This document shows positions 55,903 to 64,000 of a stretch of 64,000 nt of DNA, piece by piece. This DNA comes from a virus: positions 94,518-158,517 of IMG/VR virus record IMGVR_UViG_3300025154_000049, one strand, 5' to 3'. A program made the translations under genes and the position numbers. Under the pieces are notes generated by a model. It was not told the DNA's origin. It did no database searches and saw nothing but the letters and a program-made list of their open reading frames with translations. The stretch's first letter is position 1; the number at the start of each line of letters is the position of its first letter.

Positions 55903-56307
55903 TTAGTTTACAAGTTCTTCCATAACTTTAGATGCGTTCATTATACTATCGACTTCTGCTCTTCTACGAGAACAATCAAAACATCCTACGTAAGTTATTC
56001 TACAGTAGACTTTAACTATAGCTGTAACAACTCCGTCTATGTTTTCGTATGTTAGTATATTGCTTGTACTGGCTTGGTCGTATTCTATATTAACACAAGC
56101 ATAACCAGCACTGAAATCTTTAACGTGGTTTCTTAACTCTTCATTATATAAACTGGAATGATAGTAAACATTGGGTACTACTAAATCTCTGAAGGTAATT
56201 TCATTATCTGTCTTAGCAATACATTGTACTGAAGTTCCTCTTGATGGAATGCGTTCTCTCTTTTTTCTTGGGGTCATACTTTTACCAGAACATTTAAAAC
56301 CTATCAT
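55903..56307 (-). CDS. tag protein
   Basis: ends VMEELVN. Confidence 0.75.
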   Translation of the reverse strand: MIGFKCSGKSMTPRKKRERIPSRGTSVQCIAKTDNEITFRDLVVPNVYYHSSLYNEELRNHVKDFSAGYACVNIEYDQASTSNILTYENIDGVVTAIVKVYCRITYVGCFDCSRRRAEVDSIMNASKVMEELVN

Positions 56308-56321
56308 AGTGTTCTCCTTAC

Positions 56322-56570
56322 TTAATACAACTGAGGGATTATTGGTTCTTTAACCACTTCAACTTCGGTAGCTTTATAATCGAAGTTACAGAGCATGCCT
56401 GTGAAATGAGATTCTACATTCTGTGCATACTTAATCTGACCATAAGCAACTGAGTTCTTGTTCTCTAAATAATCTGGGTTAGCTTTCTTGTGGTCTTCTA
56501 TGTATTTTCTAAGTCTTTTAATTTCTTCAGAGATGCTTTCTTTTGTAAAGATGATTGCTTTTACTGTCAT
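56322..56570 (-). CDS. hypothetical protein
   Basis: AAGGAG RBS. Confidence 0.65.
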   Translation of the reverse strand: MTVKAIIFTKESISEEIKRLRKYIEDHKKANPDYLENKNSVAYGQIKYAQNVESHFTGMLCNFDYKATEVEVVKEPIIPQLY

Positions 56571-56601
56571 AGTGTTCTCCTTGTCTTAACCTTATATATT
56601 T

Positions 56602-56664
56602 AGTATAACAAAAGAGGCACCATAAGTCTAGTGTCTCTTTTATATTTATTAAGTTATTGTTACA
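56602..56664 (-). promoter_or_regulatory. terminator-fused promoter plus operator
   Basis: AAAAGAGACAC..GTGCCTCTTTT hairpin; TAGACT-17-TATACT. Confidence 0.75.
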
Positions 56665-56670
56665 ATAAAT

Positions 56671-56756
56671 GCGTAGAGGGAACAGGGGATACGCATCCGT
56701 GCACTGCCTACGTATCTCGTCGGATATTAATTAATACCCTTCAAGTTCCCAAACGC
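56671..56756 (-). ncRNA. candidate three-way-junction RNA element
   Basis: GGGAAC/GTTCCC closing stem with two internal hairpins, GC-rich. Confidence 0.4.
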
Positions 56757-56757
56757 T

Positions 56758-57045
56758 TTATCTACAAGTATATCCTATAACTCTTCCGAGCTGGTCAGTG
56801 ATTGGAACATAGCCTCCTTGTTCTAAGATGTATGTTGTTCCATAAAGATGAGGTACTACACATCCCGTCGGTTGGTATACTTGAACTGGGACAGGATAAT
56901 AGTTGGTCTGGGGATAATAAGCTTGAGGTTGTTGTGCTCCTATGATTGTAGTAGGTGCATAGTTAAGGGATAGGGAATTCCCCCTAGCATAAGAAGCCTG
57001 AGTAAATCCTAACACTATAAGTAAACTAAGTATTATTCTTTTCAT
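56758..57045 (-). CDS. secreted protein
   Basis: Signal peptide MKRIILSLLIVLGFTQASYA. Confidence 0.65.
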   Translation of the reverse strand: MKRIILSLLIVLGFTQASYARGNSLSLNYAPTTIIGAQQPQAYYPQTNYYPVPVQVYQPTGCVVPHLYGTTYILEQGGYVPITDQLGRVIGYTCR

Positions 57046-57519
57046 CTATATCTCCTTATATAATTCTTTGAAGTTACTTGTATAATTCTTTTGTTTACTA
57101 TCCTCTTCATCTAATTTTATTTTATGTTCCTCGTAGATAGGGGATAAAGTATCCTGTATAGTTTTCAGAAGAGTATACAGTTCGGGGGCACCTAGTTTAG
57201 TATCTTTAATAGATATATAATTTTTATTAGCATAGATGTTGAATATCTTTTTATTGCCTTTATAAACTGTTAGCTCCTCGTACATGTCTTCCCTACTAAA
57301 AGGATTCCCTCTTTTAGCATGTACCCTGATTTTATTATAGCCTTCTATATTTAAATCTACATAATAGTTATTCTCACCATCCCAATAGCCATTTACATTT
57401 ATATACTTATTAGCACATAAGCAATATACCGTGTAGTTGATATCGTTTAGCTGTTCATATACTTTCTCTTCAATAGTAACTTCAGGTTGAGTTTCTTTTT
57501 TCTTAAATATATTAAACAT
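57046..57519 (-). CDS. hypothetical protein
   Basis: ORF track. Confidence 0.65.
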   Translation of the reverse strand: MFNIFKKKETQPEVTIEEKVYEQLNDINYTVYCLCANKYINVNGYWDGENNYYVDLNIEGYNKIRVHAKRGNPFSREDMYEELTVYKGNKKIFNIYANKNYISIKDTKLGAPELYTLLKTIQDTLSPIYEEHKIKLDEEDSKQKNYTSNFKELYKEI

Positions 57520-57843
57520 TTAATGACTCCTCTCTATATCTTCGGTAACTCTGTTGGTTACAGTTTTATATCCAGTAACTATTCCTAAGAATGTAAGAGG
57601 CATCCTAGTTTCTTCTAGTTGTAAGAATCCTTTGCAATCATTCTTTTTATTTATATGTATGCAAGTTGTATCCCTTTCAATATCTCTTACAGGTCTTTCT
57701 AACGGGCTACCCTTTCTATTACACTCTTCTTTTATTATAACATCAGAGTTGATACAATGATAATCATCGTCGTGTATATGAACATAGTTATCATGTATCC
57801 TATAACAGTATGCACATTCTTTACAATAAACTTTATCTGCCAT
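57520..57843 (-). CDS. Cys-rich hypothetical protein
   Basis: YCKECAYC..NDCKGF. Confidence 0.65.
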   Translation of the reverse strand: MADKVYCKECAYCYRIHDNYVHIHDDDYHCINSDVIIKEECNRKGSPLERPVRDIERDTTCIHINKKNDCKGFLQLEETRMPLTFLGIVTGYKTVTNRVTEDIERSH

Positions 57844-57848
57844 GTTAC

Positions 57849-58058
57849 TTATCCAATCATACTTAATTGTAAAACTGATAATACTCTTTTGTTATTTAAA
57901 GTATACAGATGATAATCGTTAGTATATTTAGAGTGAAGTAAGTAGAATCTTTCTCCCTTACTATTCTCGATTATCTTTTTGAAGATGACAAACTCATGGT
58001 CGACAACTTCACATTCTTCTATGAATTTATATATCTTTCCTTTTATCTTGTACTTCAT
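57849..58058 (-). CDS. hypothetical protein
   Basis: ORF track. Confidence 0.6.
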   Translation of the reverse strand: MKYKIKGKIYKFIEECEVVDHEFVIFKKIIENSKGERFYLLHSKYTNDYHLYTLNNKRVLSVLQLSMIG

Positions 58059-58366
58059 TTACTAACCGCCAATACGAAACAACCGCAGGAGTTATAAACT
58101 TCTATACCTTTGAAGCTTTCGTTTTCGTATTCAGAGAAGTAATCTCTGCTACTTCCTACGAACCAAGCTCCTACTATTCCTAAAGTATTTTTAGAATAAC
58201 CGCTTCCTTTTATTTCAACTCTTTTGAAAGAAGAGTCAGCACACGATACTACACAATCTTGCATACCATCGAAGTCGGAATCGTTTCTTATATAAAGATT
58301 ATCCAAGTTCTTTTTGACAAATGATTTAACTGTAGCTAATGTTATTTTCTTAGTTGTCATATTCAT
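58055..58366 (-). CDS. early phage protein
   Basis: First gene after promoter, AAGGAG RBS. Confidence 0.7.
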   Translation of the reverse strand: MNMTTKKITLATVKSFVKKNLDNLYIRNDSDFDGMQDCVVSCADSSFKRVEIKGSGYSKNTLGIVGAWFVGSSRDYFSEYENESFKGIEVYNSCGCFVLAVSK

Positions 58367-58391
58367 CTCCTTGTCTTAACCTTATATAATT

Positions 58392-58444
58392 ATATTACCA
58401 TACATGGTTAGACAATACAAGTGTTATGTAACTAAACTGTTACA
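58392..58444 (-). promoter_or_regulatory. sigma70 promoter plus perfect operator
   Basis: TTGTAT-17-TAATAT; TGTAAC-AGTTTA-GTTACA. Confidence 0.75.
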
Positions 58445-58823
58445 AACTTATTCTATACTTACTGGTTCCAAATGCCGTAATAGTATAACCAAGAAGTTTC
58501 AAACACTTAAAGGTTTCACTTGCTAAAGGATTCTCTAACTGTACCTCAATAGTATCCTTACCAGAATTAATAGTCTTCTCTAATTCCCATAACAAATATC
58601 TGAGTTCGTTCCGATGTAGGTTTGCTCTTACTATATTAGTGATAGCTTCTTGTCTGAAGAGTACGGGAGGTTCCTTTGCATAGCTACTCTCGTAGAATTC
58701 TTTTCCGTATACTTTATCTAACTCCTGAGTACACTCATAGTCTTTGTATATAGTATTCCAACTATATAACTCAGGATGTTTATTCATATAGAAATATGCA
58801 CCGTGTTTATATAACTTAGCCAT
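58440..58823 (-). CDS. hypothetical protein
   Basis: ORF track. Confidence 0.65.
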   Translation of the reverse strand: MAKLYKHGAYFYMNKHPELYSWNTIYKDYECTQELDKVYGKEFYESSYAKEPPVLFRQEAITNIVRANLHRNELRYLLWELEKTINSGKDTIEVQLENPLASETFKCLKLLGYTITAFGTSKYRISL

Positions 58824-58921
58824 TATGTTTTCCTTTCGGTTTCTTTAATTCAATTACTTTTCCACATGCTTCACAGTAGAAACAATCTTTTATTATAGTT
58901 GTCCTAGCAACATTACCACAC

Positions 58922-59098
58922 TTACAATTCATCAGTGCATTCTCCTGAATCTATTAAGTCGGTAGCTACTCTTCCGTAATGTCCTTGCAACTGCCATACT
59001 AATTTACTATCTATTAAATCTTGGAACAGTTCTACTATCTCTTCGTTATCAAGTTCGCCTTGTTCATAAGCAATGATTCTATCTACATAATCTGCCAT
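58922..59098 (-). CDS. 58-aa phage protein
   Basis: Read manually: MADYVDRIIAYEQGELDNEEIVELFQDLIDSKLVWQLQGHYGR... Confidence 0.7.
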   Translation of the reverse strand: MADYVDRIIAYEQGELDNEEIVELFQDLIDSKLVWQLQGHYGRVATDLIDSGECTDEL

Positions 59099-59412
59099 TA
59101 GTTACTAAGCTCCTCTAACTTCTTATTAATCTTTTCTTGTACTCTTTCTTTACTATCATTGGAATTATTAATCTGAATTACTTTAAATCCTTTATTGCAA
59201 AGTTCTTTATTAATCTTAGATAGGTACTCAGATGTATATTCAAAATTCCTAGCTTCTTTCTTTCCGTACTTCTCTATGAACTCAACACCGTTGATTACAG
59301 AAACATAACCAGATAAATCTTTAATACCGAAATTAATTAGTAGCATCCATCTGTCTCTAAGGGAGATTGTTATTCCAGCTTTTCTTAAGTCTTCTAATGT
59401 TTTTAAACTCAT
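59098..59412 (-). CDS. hypothetical protein
   Basis: ORF track. Confidence 0.65.
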   Translation of the reverse strand: MSLKTLEDLRKAGITISLRDRWMLLINFGIKDLSGYVSVINGVEFIEKYGKKEARNFEYTSEYLSKINKELCNKGFKVIQINNSNDSKERVQEKINKKLEELSN

Positions 59413-59445
59413 AAAGTATCTCCTACTGCTTAACCTTATATAATA

Positions 59446-59497
59446 AGGTTATCATATCTCATATATGAATACAAGTGTTTGTAAAGTTATTGTTACA
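59446..59497 (-). promoter_or_regulatory. sigma70 promoter plus operator
   Basis: TTGTAT-17-TAACCT; TGTAAC-N6-TTTACA. Confidence 0.65.
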
Positions 59498-59858
59498 ACT
59501 TATTGATTTGTTCTTTTAGTTTCTGGAAACAGGATTTACATAAGTCGAAAGTATATTCACCAGTAGGATTAATACTTATAGAATAAGATATAGTGTTCTC
59601 ACATTCATAAACATTACAGATACATCTAGGATAATCGTTACGAGTTACTTTCATAATACTACCCTTCGGTGTCTATGTAGAATGCTAATCTGTCTATTAC
59701 TTTCTTGATTGCTCTTCTCATATCATCTTCTTGTCTATGTCCATACTCATTACTGAACTGGGTCAGGTCTTTCTTTAAAGCAACTAAATCTTTTTCTAAC
59801 ATGATTTTATGTCCTTATCTATATAATAACTTATATAATTATATTATCATATAACGTA

Positions 59859-60383
59859 TTAAAATATAATGGGTCTATCTATATTTGTTAAGTTATTGTT
59901 ACAAGATACTTTTTCTTTCTTATACGTTCCTCTTTTCTTTCCAGTGCCTTTATTCTTTTTACTATCTCCCGCAGGAACAGAAAAGATATCTCGGATATTA
60001 GCTATAATCTCTCTAGCTATCACTTCATCTACTTTAACATCTACTTCCACAGCATCCAAGAACTCAGTAACCATTTGAACTTTAGTCTTGTAACTTCTAC
60101 CAAACATCTTTTCTTTATTCTCTTGATAATGTTTTTTACTATAAGCCTTAGAATATTCTTTATATTTCTCAGAAGTTCTTTGATACTCAAGACACCTAGC
60201 CTGAGCCTTCTTTCTTTTGTCTTCCATAGTATCTACTTGTTCTTTAAGAGTTTTAATCTGTTCTTTCATGATATTTACTGTAGCTTTATCTTTGCCTATA
60301 TTATCTAAAACATCAACTTTCTCTTGTAGTATTTCAATAAGTCCTAATAAGTTCCTAGATGTAACCGTTCTTTTGTCAGCCAT
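59859..60383 (-). CDS. coiled-coil/basic hypothetical protein
   Basis: ORF track. Confidence 0.65.
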   Translation of the reverse strand: MADKRTVTSRNLLGLIEILQEKVDVLDNIGKDKATVNIMKEQIKTLKEQVDTMEDKRKKAQARCLEYQRTSEKYKEYSKAYSKKHYQENKEKMFGRSYKTKVQMVTEFLDAVEVDVKVDEVIAREIIANIRDIFSVPAGDSKKNKGTGKKRGTYKKEKVSCNNNLTNIDRPIIF

Positions 60384-60405
60384 AACTATCTCCTTTTAAA
60401 ATTAT

Positions 60406-60933
60406 CTATACACAGTTACTTCCCATTAAGGGAGAATACCTACGCTCCCAGTAACTCTCCATCCTTCTTATGAATCTTGTATCCCTTCGGATGGTTCTAC
60501 TTAATTTGTGCATAACCCTATTTTCTATCTGTCTTATTCTTTCCCTACCTACCCCAAGAAGTTTACCTGTTCCTTCTAAAGTTTCTTCCGAATAGTAACG
60601 AAATTCTATAACCTTTTTTTCTTTAGAAGATAGTTCATTAAATAACTTATTAATATAAATTATTGCTTCTTTCTTTTCTATCTCATAATCTAAATCAATT
60701 ACTGAAGTATCGTATCTAATGTTATTCAATATTATTCTATCTATCTCGAATAGTATATCTTCGTGAGTGTAAATTTTATAGTGGTACACCTGTCTTCTTA
60801 AGTATCTAAGAGTTTCGTACTCTTTTTGGTTACTAGTGTGGCAGGGAATCTTATTATAAATTCTTACAAACTTAAGTAAGTCATCAATACTATCTGCGAG
60901 TTTACCATTCTTATTTATACAATATTTTTTCAT
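60406..60933 (-). CDS. sigma-70 region 4 domain protein
   Basis: LSSKEKKVIEFRY..TLEGTGKLLGVGRERIRQIE. Confidence 0.85.
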   Translation of the reverse strand: MKKYCINKNGKLADSIDDLLKFVRIYNKIPCHTSNQKEYETLRYLRRQVYHYKIYTHEDILFEIDRIILNNIRYDTSVIDLDYEIEKKEAIIYINKLFNELSSKEKKVIEFRYYSEETLEGTGKLLGVGRERIRQIENRVMHKLSRTIRRDTRFIRRMESYWERRYSPLMGSNCV

Positions 60934-61153
60934 AATCTTATATCAATCCCTGTATCTTTAAAATTAACGGAACCAAACTTGTTATGTCTAATAGAATCAT
61001 TCCAAGTAATACATATAATAAAGATAGGTCGGATAAATTCTTGGAAGCAGGAATAATTATAAATAGATTTGCTAATATCAATAATACTATTGCAAAATAC
61101 ATGTATATATCTCCTTTTAAAGTTCGTCATTTTTCTTAAGAGCCGCAAGGTTC

Positions 61154-61399
61154 TTAACCAAATATTCTTAAAGTCCTATAATCATTATAATGGTATTTAA
61201 TATCTTGGTATATCTTATCTCCTTCAGAAGTTTTTGATTTATGGGTAATAGTTTTAATAGTATCTTCTTTAATATACATAGCTTCTACTGAAGGACTGAC
61301 AATTATATTAACTTCTTTATTCTTAAGTTTAGGAACTATGCCTTCTTGTTTTTCTATTTCATTTACTACTTGTTTTAATTCTGTCAAACTTAAATACAT
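61154..61399 (-). CDS. hypothetical protein
   Basis: Start moved to MYLSL behind AAGGAG; promoter at 61434-61462. Confidence 0.6.
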   Translation of the reverse strand: MYLSLTELKQVVNEIEKQEGIVPKLKNKEVNIIVSPSVEAMYIKEDTIKTITHKSKTSEGDKIYQDIKYHYNDYRTLRIFG

Positions 61400-61514
61400 A
61401 TATGTCTCCTTATCTATTTCGGTACTAATAATTAATATAGCATGTATGAAATAAGAAGTCAACATATTGTTAAAATTTATTAAGCTAAAGGTTTACTAGC
61501 GAATTAAACATATT

Positions 61515-61793
61515 GAATATAAAGAAAAAGCTTGATACCTTGACTATTGGTCAGCGGGTGGCAAGCTTACAGGAAATAGATTATGGAGATAATTCAAAAG
61601 AAAATATGGGGTTTTATATCAACACGTCCCTGAAACCCCACGAAAATCGAGCCGTGGAATAGAAAGCTACAATCTACCACGCACCGTTTCAATCCTTGAA
61701 CCAGTGGCTAACCTGTTGGTAGTACTCTAAAGTTTTAAGTACCCGCTACCTCGGAGCACTGTACACATATAATAGTCAAGCTTTCTTATATTC
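61515..61793. other. large GC-enriched structured intergenic element
   Basis: Long terminal inverted repeat plus nested stems. Confidence 0.5.
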
Positions 61794-61894
61794 TATTACA
61801 TGCCGTTATACTATTACTATTGTTTTAAAGAAACTAATAGAACCGATAAACTATTAGAATGAGTGTATAGCAATATAGAAGTTGTTATCGGTTT

Positions 61895-62164
61895 TTATTC
61901 TTGAGTTATTACTATCTCTTTAGTTATGATACCATCGTTTGACATTACCAGAATAGAATCAATGTCATCTATTAGTTTATCATTACTTATAGGTATTGCT
62001 ATCAGTTGTGGCATAGGAGGAATCTGTCTCAACATAGTATGTGTTTTAATTCCTCTAGGTATGAGTTCTTTTATCTCCCCTGCTTTTACTAATGTGTTTG
62101 CAAGTTTTATTAACTTCATTACTTCTGGTTCATTGTTATTTAAAGTGAGTACTATTCTTTCCAT
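61895..62164 (-). CDS. hypothetical protein
   Basis: ORF track. Confidence 0.65.
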   Translation of the reverse strand: MERIVLTLNNNEPEVMKLIKLANTLVKAGEIKELIPRGIKTHTMLRQIPPMPQLIAIPISNDKLIDDIDSILVMSNDGIITKEIVITQE

Positions 62165-62181
62165 CTATTTCTCCTTATGAT

Positions 62182-62496
62182 TTAATAGGGTTGTCCGTCT
62201 GATATATTATCAAACTCTCCGTTGATATCGTATCTTCTTTTCTGATAGTTATCTGAGAGCATCATAGCAAAGTTAGCTATGTCGGCACACTTCTCTGATA
62301 GTTCATCTACTGAGGTATCCCCCATCGGATATATTTGTTTTAATGATACGAGTCTTTTATCTAACTCATCCAGTAGGAACTTACGATTGCAAGGTTCCTC
62401 TGACCAATGGGTTTTATGTACGTTATCCATTAGTCTTTTAAACATTATGTTAGAGAAGTTATGTATTGATTTAATTAAGTTGAGTGGTGTGTTCAT
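62182..62496 (-). CDS. MazG-like/dNTP pyrophosphohydrolase-like helical protein
   Basis: KTHW..LLDEL..EKCADIANFAMML. Confidence 0.5.
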   Translation of the reverse strand: MNTPLNLIKSIHNFSNIMFKRLMDNVHKTHWSEEPCNRKFLLDELDKRLVSLKQIYPMGDTSVDELSEKCADIANFAMMLSDNYQKRRYDINGEFDNISDGQPY

Positions 62497-62677
62497 CGTT
62501 TATCTCTCCTTATATTTCTTGACATCTATTACTATAACATTCTTCACATAGAGTTACTTCTATTTGTTCATCGTTTATCTCTTTGGCATAAGGGCAGTGA
62601 GTCTCTATCACAGTCTTGTCTTGGGTACCACAGTCTTGGCATGTTAAATATTCTTCTGGGATATTAATCTCTACCAT

Positions 62678-62983
62678 TTATTCTTCCTCTAGTCTTATTG
62701 ATATGTTACAGATGTCAGGTTCCCAATCTACTGAATGTAATTCACATCCATCATCCCATAGGTCTCCTACATGTTGTTTACATACGTGAGAGTATCTATC
62801 ATAGATAGCTTTCACTCCGTCGGGAGGATAGACTATAGTATAGTCAGCATCTTTCTTACAGGGAATAAAGCAACAATATTTAGTACCAGAAGGATTGTAG
62901 CAGATAGACCTATTTCCTGTTAGCCTATCTACCAGTCCACTCCAATAGAAACTTATGTAGGCAAATATATTATTTATTTTCAT
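62678..62983 (-). CDS. hypothetical protein
   Basis: ORF track. Confidence 0.6.
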   Translation of the reverse strand: MKINNIFAYISFYWSGLVDRLTGNRSICYNPSGTKYCCFIPCKKDADYTIVYPPDGVKAIYDRYSHVCKQHVGDLWDDGCELHSVDWEPDICNISIRLEEE

Positions 62984-63493
62984 TTAGATTATATTAAATT
63001 TCTTAAGTATGTTATATAAATTATGAGGATTTACTACACTTGAGTTAGTATCAAATAATACTTTACAATGGAATAAAGCATCTGTTACTAACTCAGAACA
63101 GAAGAACTTCTTCTCCGATTCTTTTGTTTTAATCTTTGAATTAATTCCATGAAGTCCAGACATCAAAGCTTGGTAGAAATCGTAAGGTCTACCATTCACA
63201 TCATTGACAAAAGTTCTCAGGGCATTAGCATCAAACCTTTCTCTAGCACTTAGAGTTAGAGGGAAACATTCTTTACCTTGAGTTCTGTTTAATGCTTCGG
63301 ATAGAGGAACTATCCTCACTCCCGCAGTTTGAGCTTCCAACATATTTTCAGAGTCAACTGCTATTCCCGCATGGGAATACTTAGACCAAGTAAATATACG
63401 AATAACTTGTCCCATTAAGTCAGCAGGTTCAAAGAAGATTACATCTCCCGCTTGTAATTTTGGATATTGTTTTTGTTTCTTACTGAATAACAT
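62984..63493 (-). CDS. permuted papain-like NlpC/P60 amidase (YiiX/YebB-like)
   Basis: LQAGDVIFF, YSHAGI, GRPYD, FFCSELV. Confidence 0.88.
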   Translation of the reverse strand: MLFSKKQKQYPKLQAGDVIFFEPADLMGQVIRIFTWSKYSHAGIAVDSENMLEAQTAGVRIVPLSEALNRTQGKECFPLTLSARERFDANALRTFVNDVNGRPYDFYQALMSGLHGINSKIKTKESEKKFFCSELVTDALFHCKVLFDTNSSVVNPHNLYNILKKFNII

Positions 63494-63522
63494 TTCTATT
63501 CTCCTATTGTTTATATGATTTA

Positions 63523-63744
63523 TTATGTAGCATTGACAATAGTTTCATAAGACAACTGAACTTTAGTTGGGTCTAATGCTTGATAGTTTCCTTTGTCCTC
63601 GAAAGCAAATTCAACATTGTTTACTGTATATGTATTCTTTACTCCATGTATATCTGTTATAGATATTAAATCTCCCGCTCTTGGTAATAGTACTATGGTT
63701 AGATTATCAGCTACTACAGTTCCACCTACCACTAATTTCATCAT
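63523..63744 (-). CDS. hypothetical protein
   Basis: ORF track. Confidence 0.6.
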   Translation of the reverse strand: MMKLVVGGTVVADNLTIVLLPRAGDLISITDIHGVKNTYTVNNVEFAFEDKGNYQALDPTKVQLSYETIVNAT

Positions 63745-64000
63745 ATATCTTTCTCCTTTATTATTGTATTATATATCCCAGCTCACTTCTAATACTCTAT
63801 CCGTCTCTGTTGTTTTTTGTATGGTTACTTTGTATCCTTGCTCTTGATAATGGGATACTATTTCATCAGATAATGAAATAGGAATCTCATCTACTTTGAT
63901 ACTAAGTTTACCATAATGTACTCTACCTTCTATCTTATTATCAATGATAGCTATATTAGATTCTAATGTTTCTTTACGAACTCCTTCAGCAGATTTTGTC

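Noticed and set aside
7964-56307. Tag as a pure Shine-Dalgarno/ATGA by-product
   Set aside because: This may contribute, but many copies lack GGAG, codons vary synonymously and the tag persists on operon-terminal genes. It still needs a formal test.
58427-58444. Operator as a cyanobacterial NtcA box
   Set aside because: Spacing is GTA-N10-TAC, not GTA-N8-TAC.
60930-61148. 72-aa ORF
   Set aside because: TTG start with no RBS or motif.
1822-63881. All + strand ORFs in the track
   Set aside because: They are antisense shadows of minus-strand genes or RNA genes, with no recognisable motifs.
1-64000. Stop-codon reassignment explaining the short ORFs
   Set aside because: TAA, TGA and TAG all end genes, neighbours are mostly in different frames, known proteins are full length and there is no suppressor tRNA.

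Overview
AT-rich, densely coding segment of a large (jumbo-type) tailed phage genome. Essentially all real genes lie on the minus strand and use the standard code. Host clues (a Gastranaerophilales-style pilin and a cyanobacterial-like tmRNA tag) point to Melainabacteria/Vampirovibrionia. Four things stand out. (1) About 83 small, sequence-diverse proteins share one C-terminal signature, (M/I/L)-x-E-L-(V/I/T)-x-stop; 30 of them are consecutive at 44151-52861 and most are coupled by ATGA overlaps. This is the best candidate for an undescribed system. (2) Fourteen late-type genes share an N-terminal 'KKIxKIxE' leader resembling a capsid-targeting/prohead-protease signal, and several carry shuffled repeated domains and ADP-ribosyltransferase-like folds. 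(3) An array of 14 tRNAs is headed by a circularly permuted tmRNA with a 1-nt intervening segment (tag GNNTVSLDFGRKMALVA). (4) A family of sigma70 promoters carries a helically phased TGTAAC-N6-GTTACA site, and several are fused to terminator hairpins. Also present: several candidate structured ncRNAs, Pth2, GroES, AdoMetDC, ABC-ATPase/GNAT, ferredoxin, LemA-like, HNH, DenV-like, sigma region 4, permuted NlpC/P60 and a possible double antitoxin mimic. All calls come from reading motifs by eye; no searches or folding programs were run.
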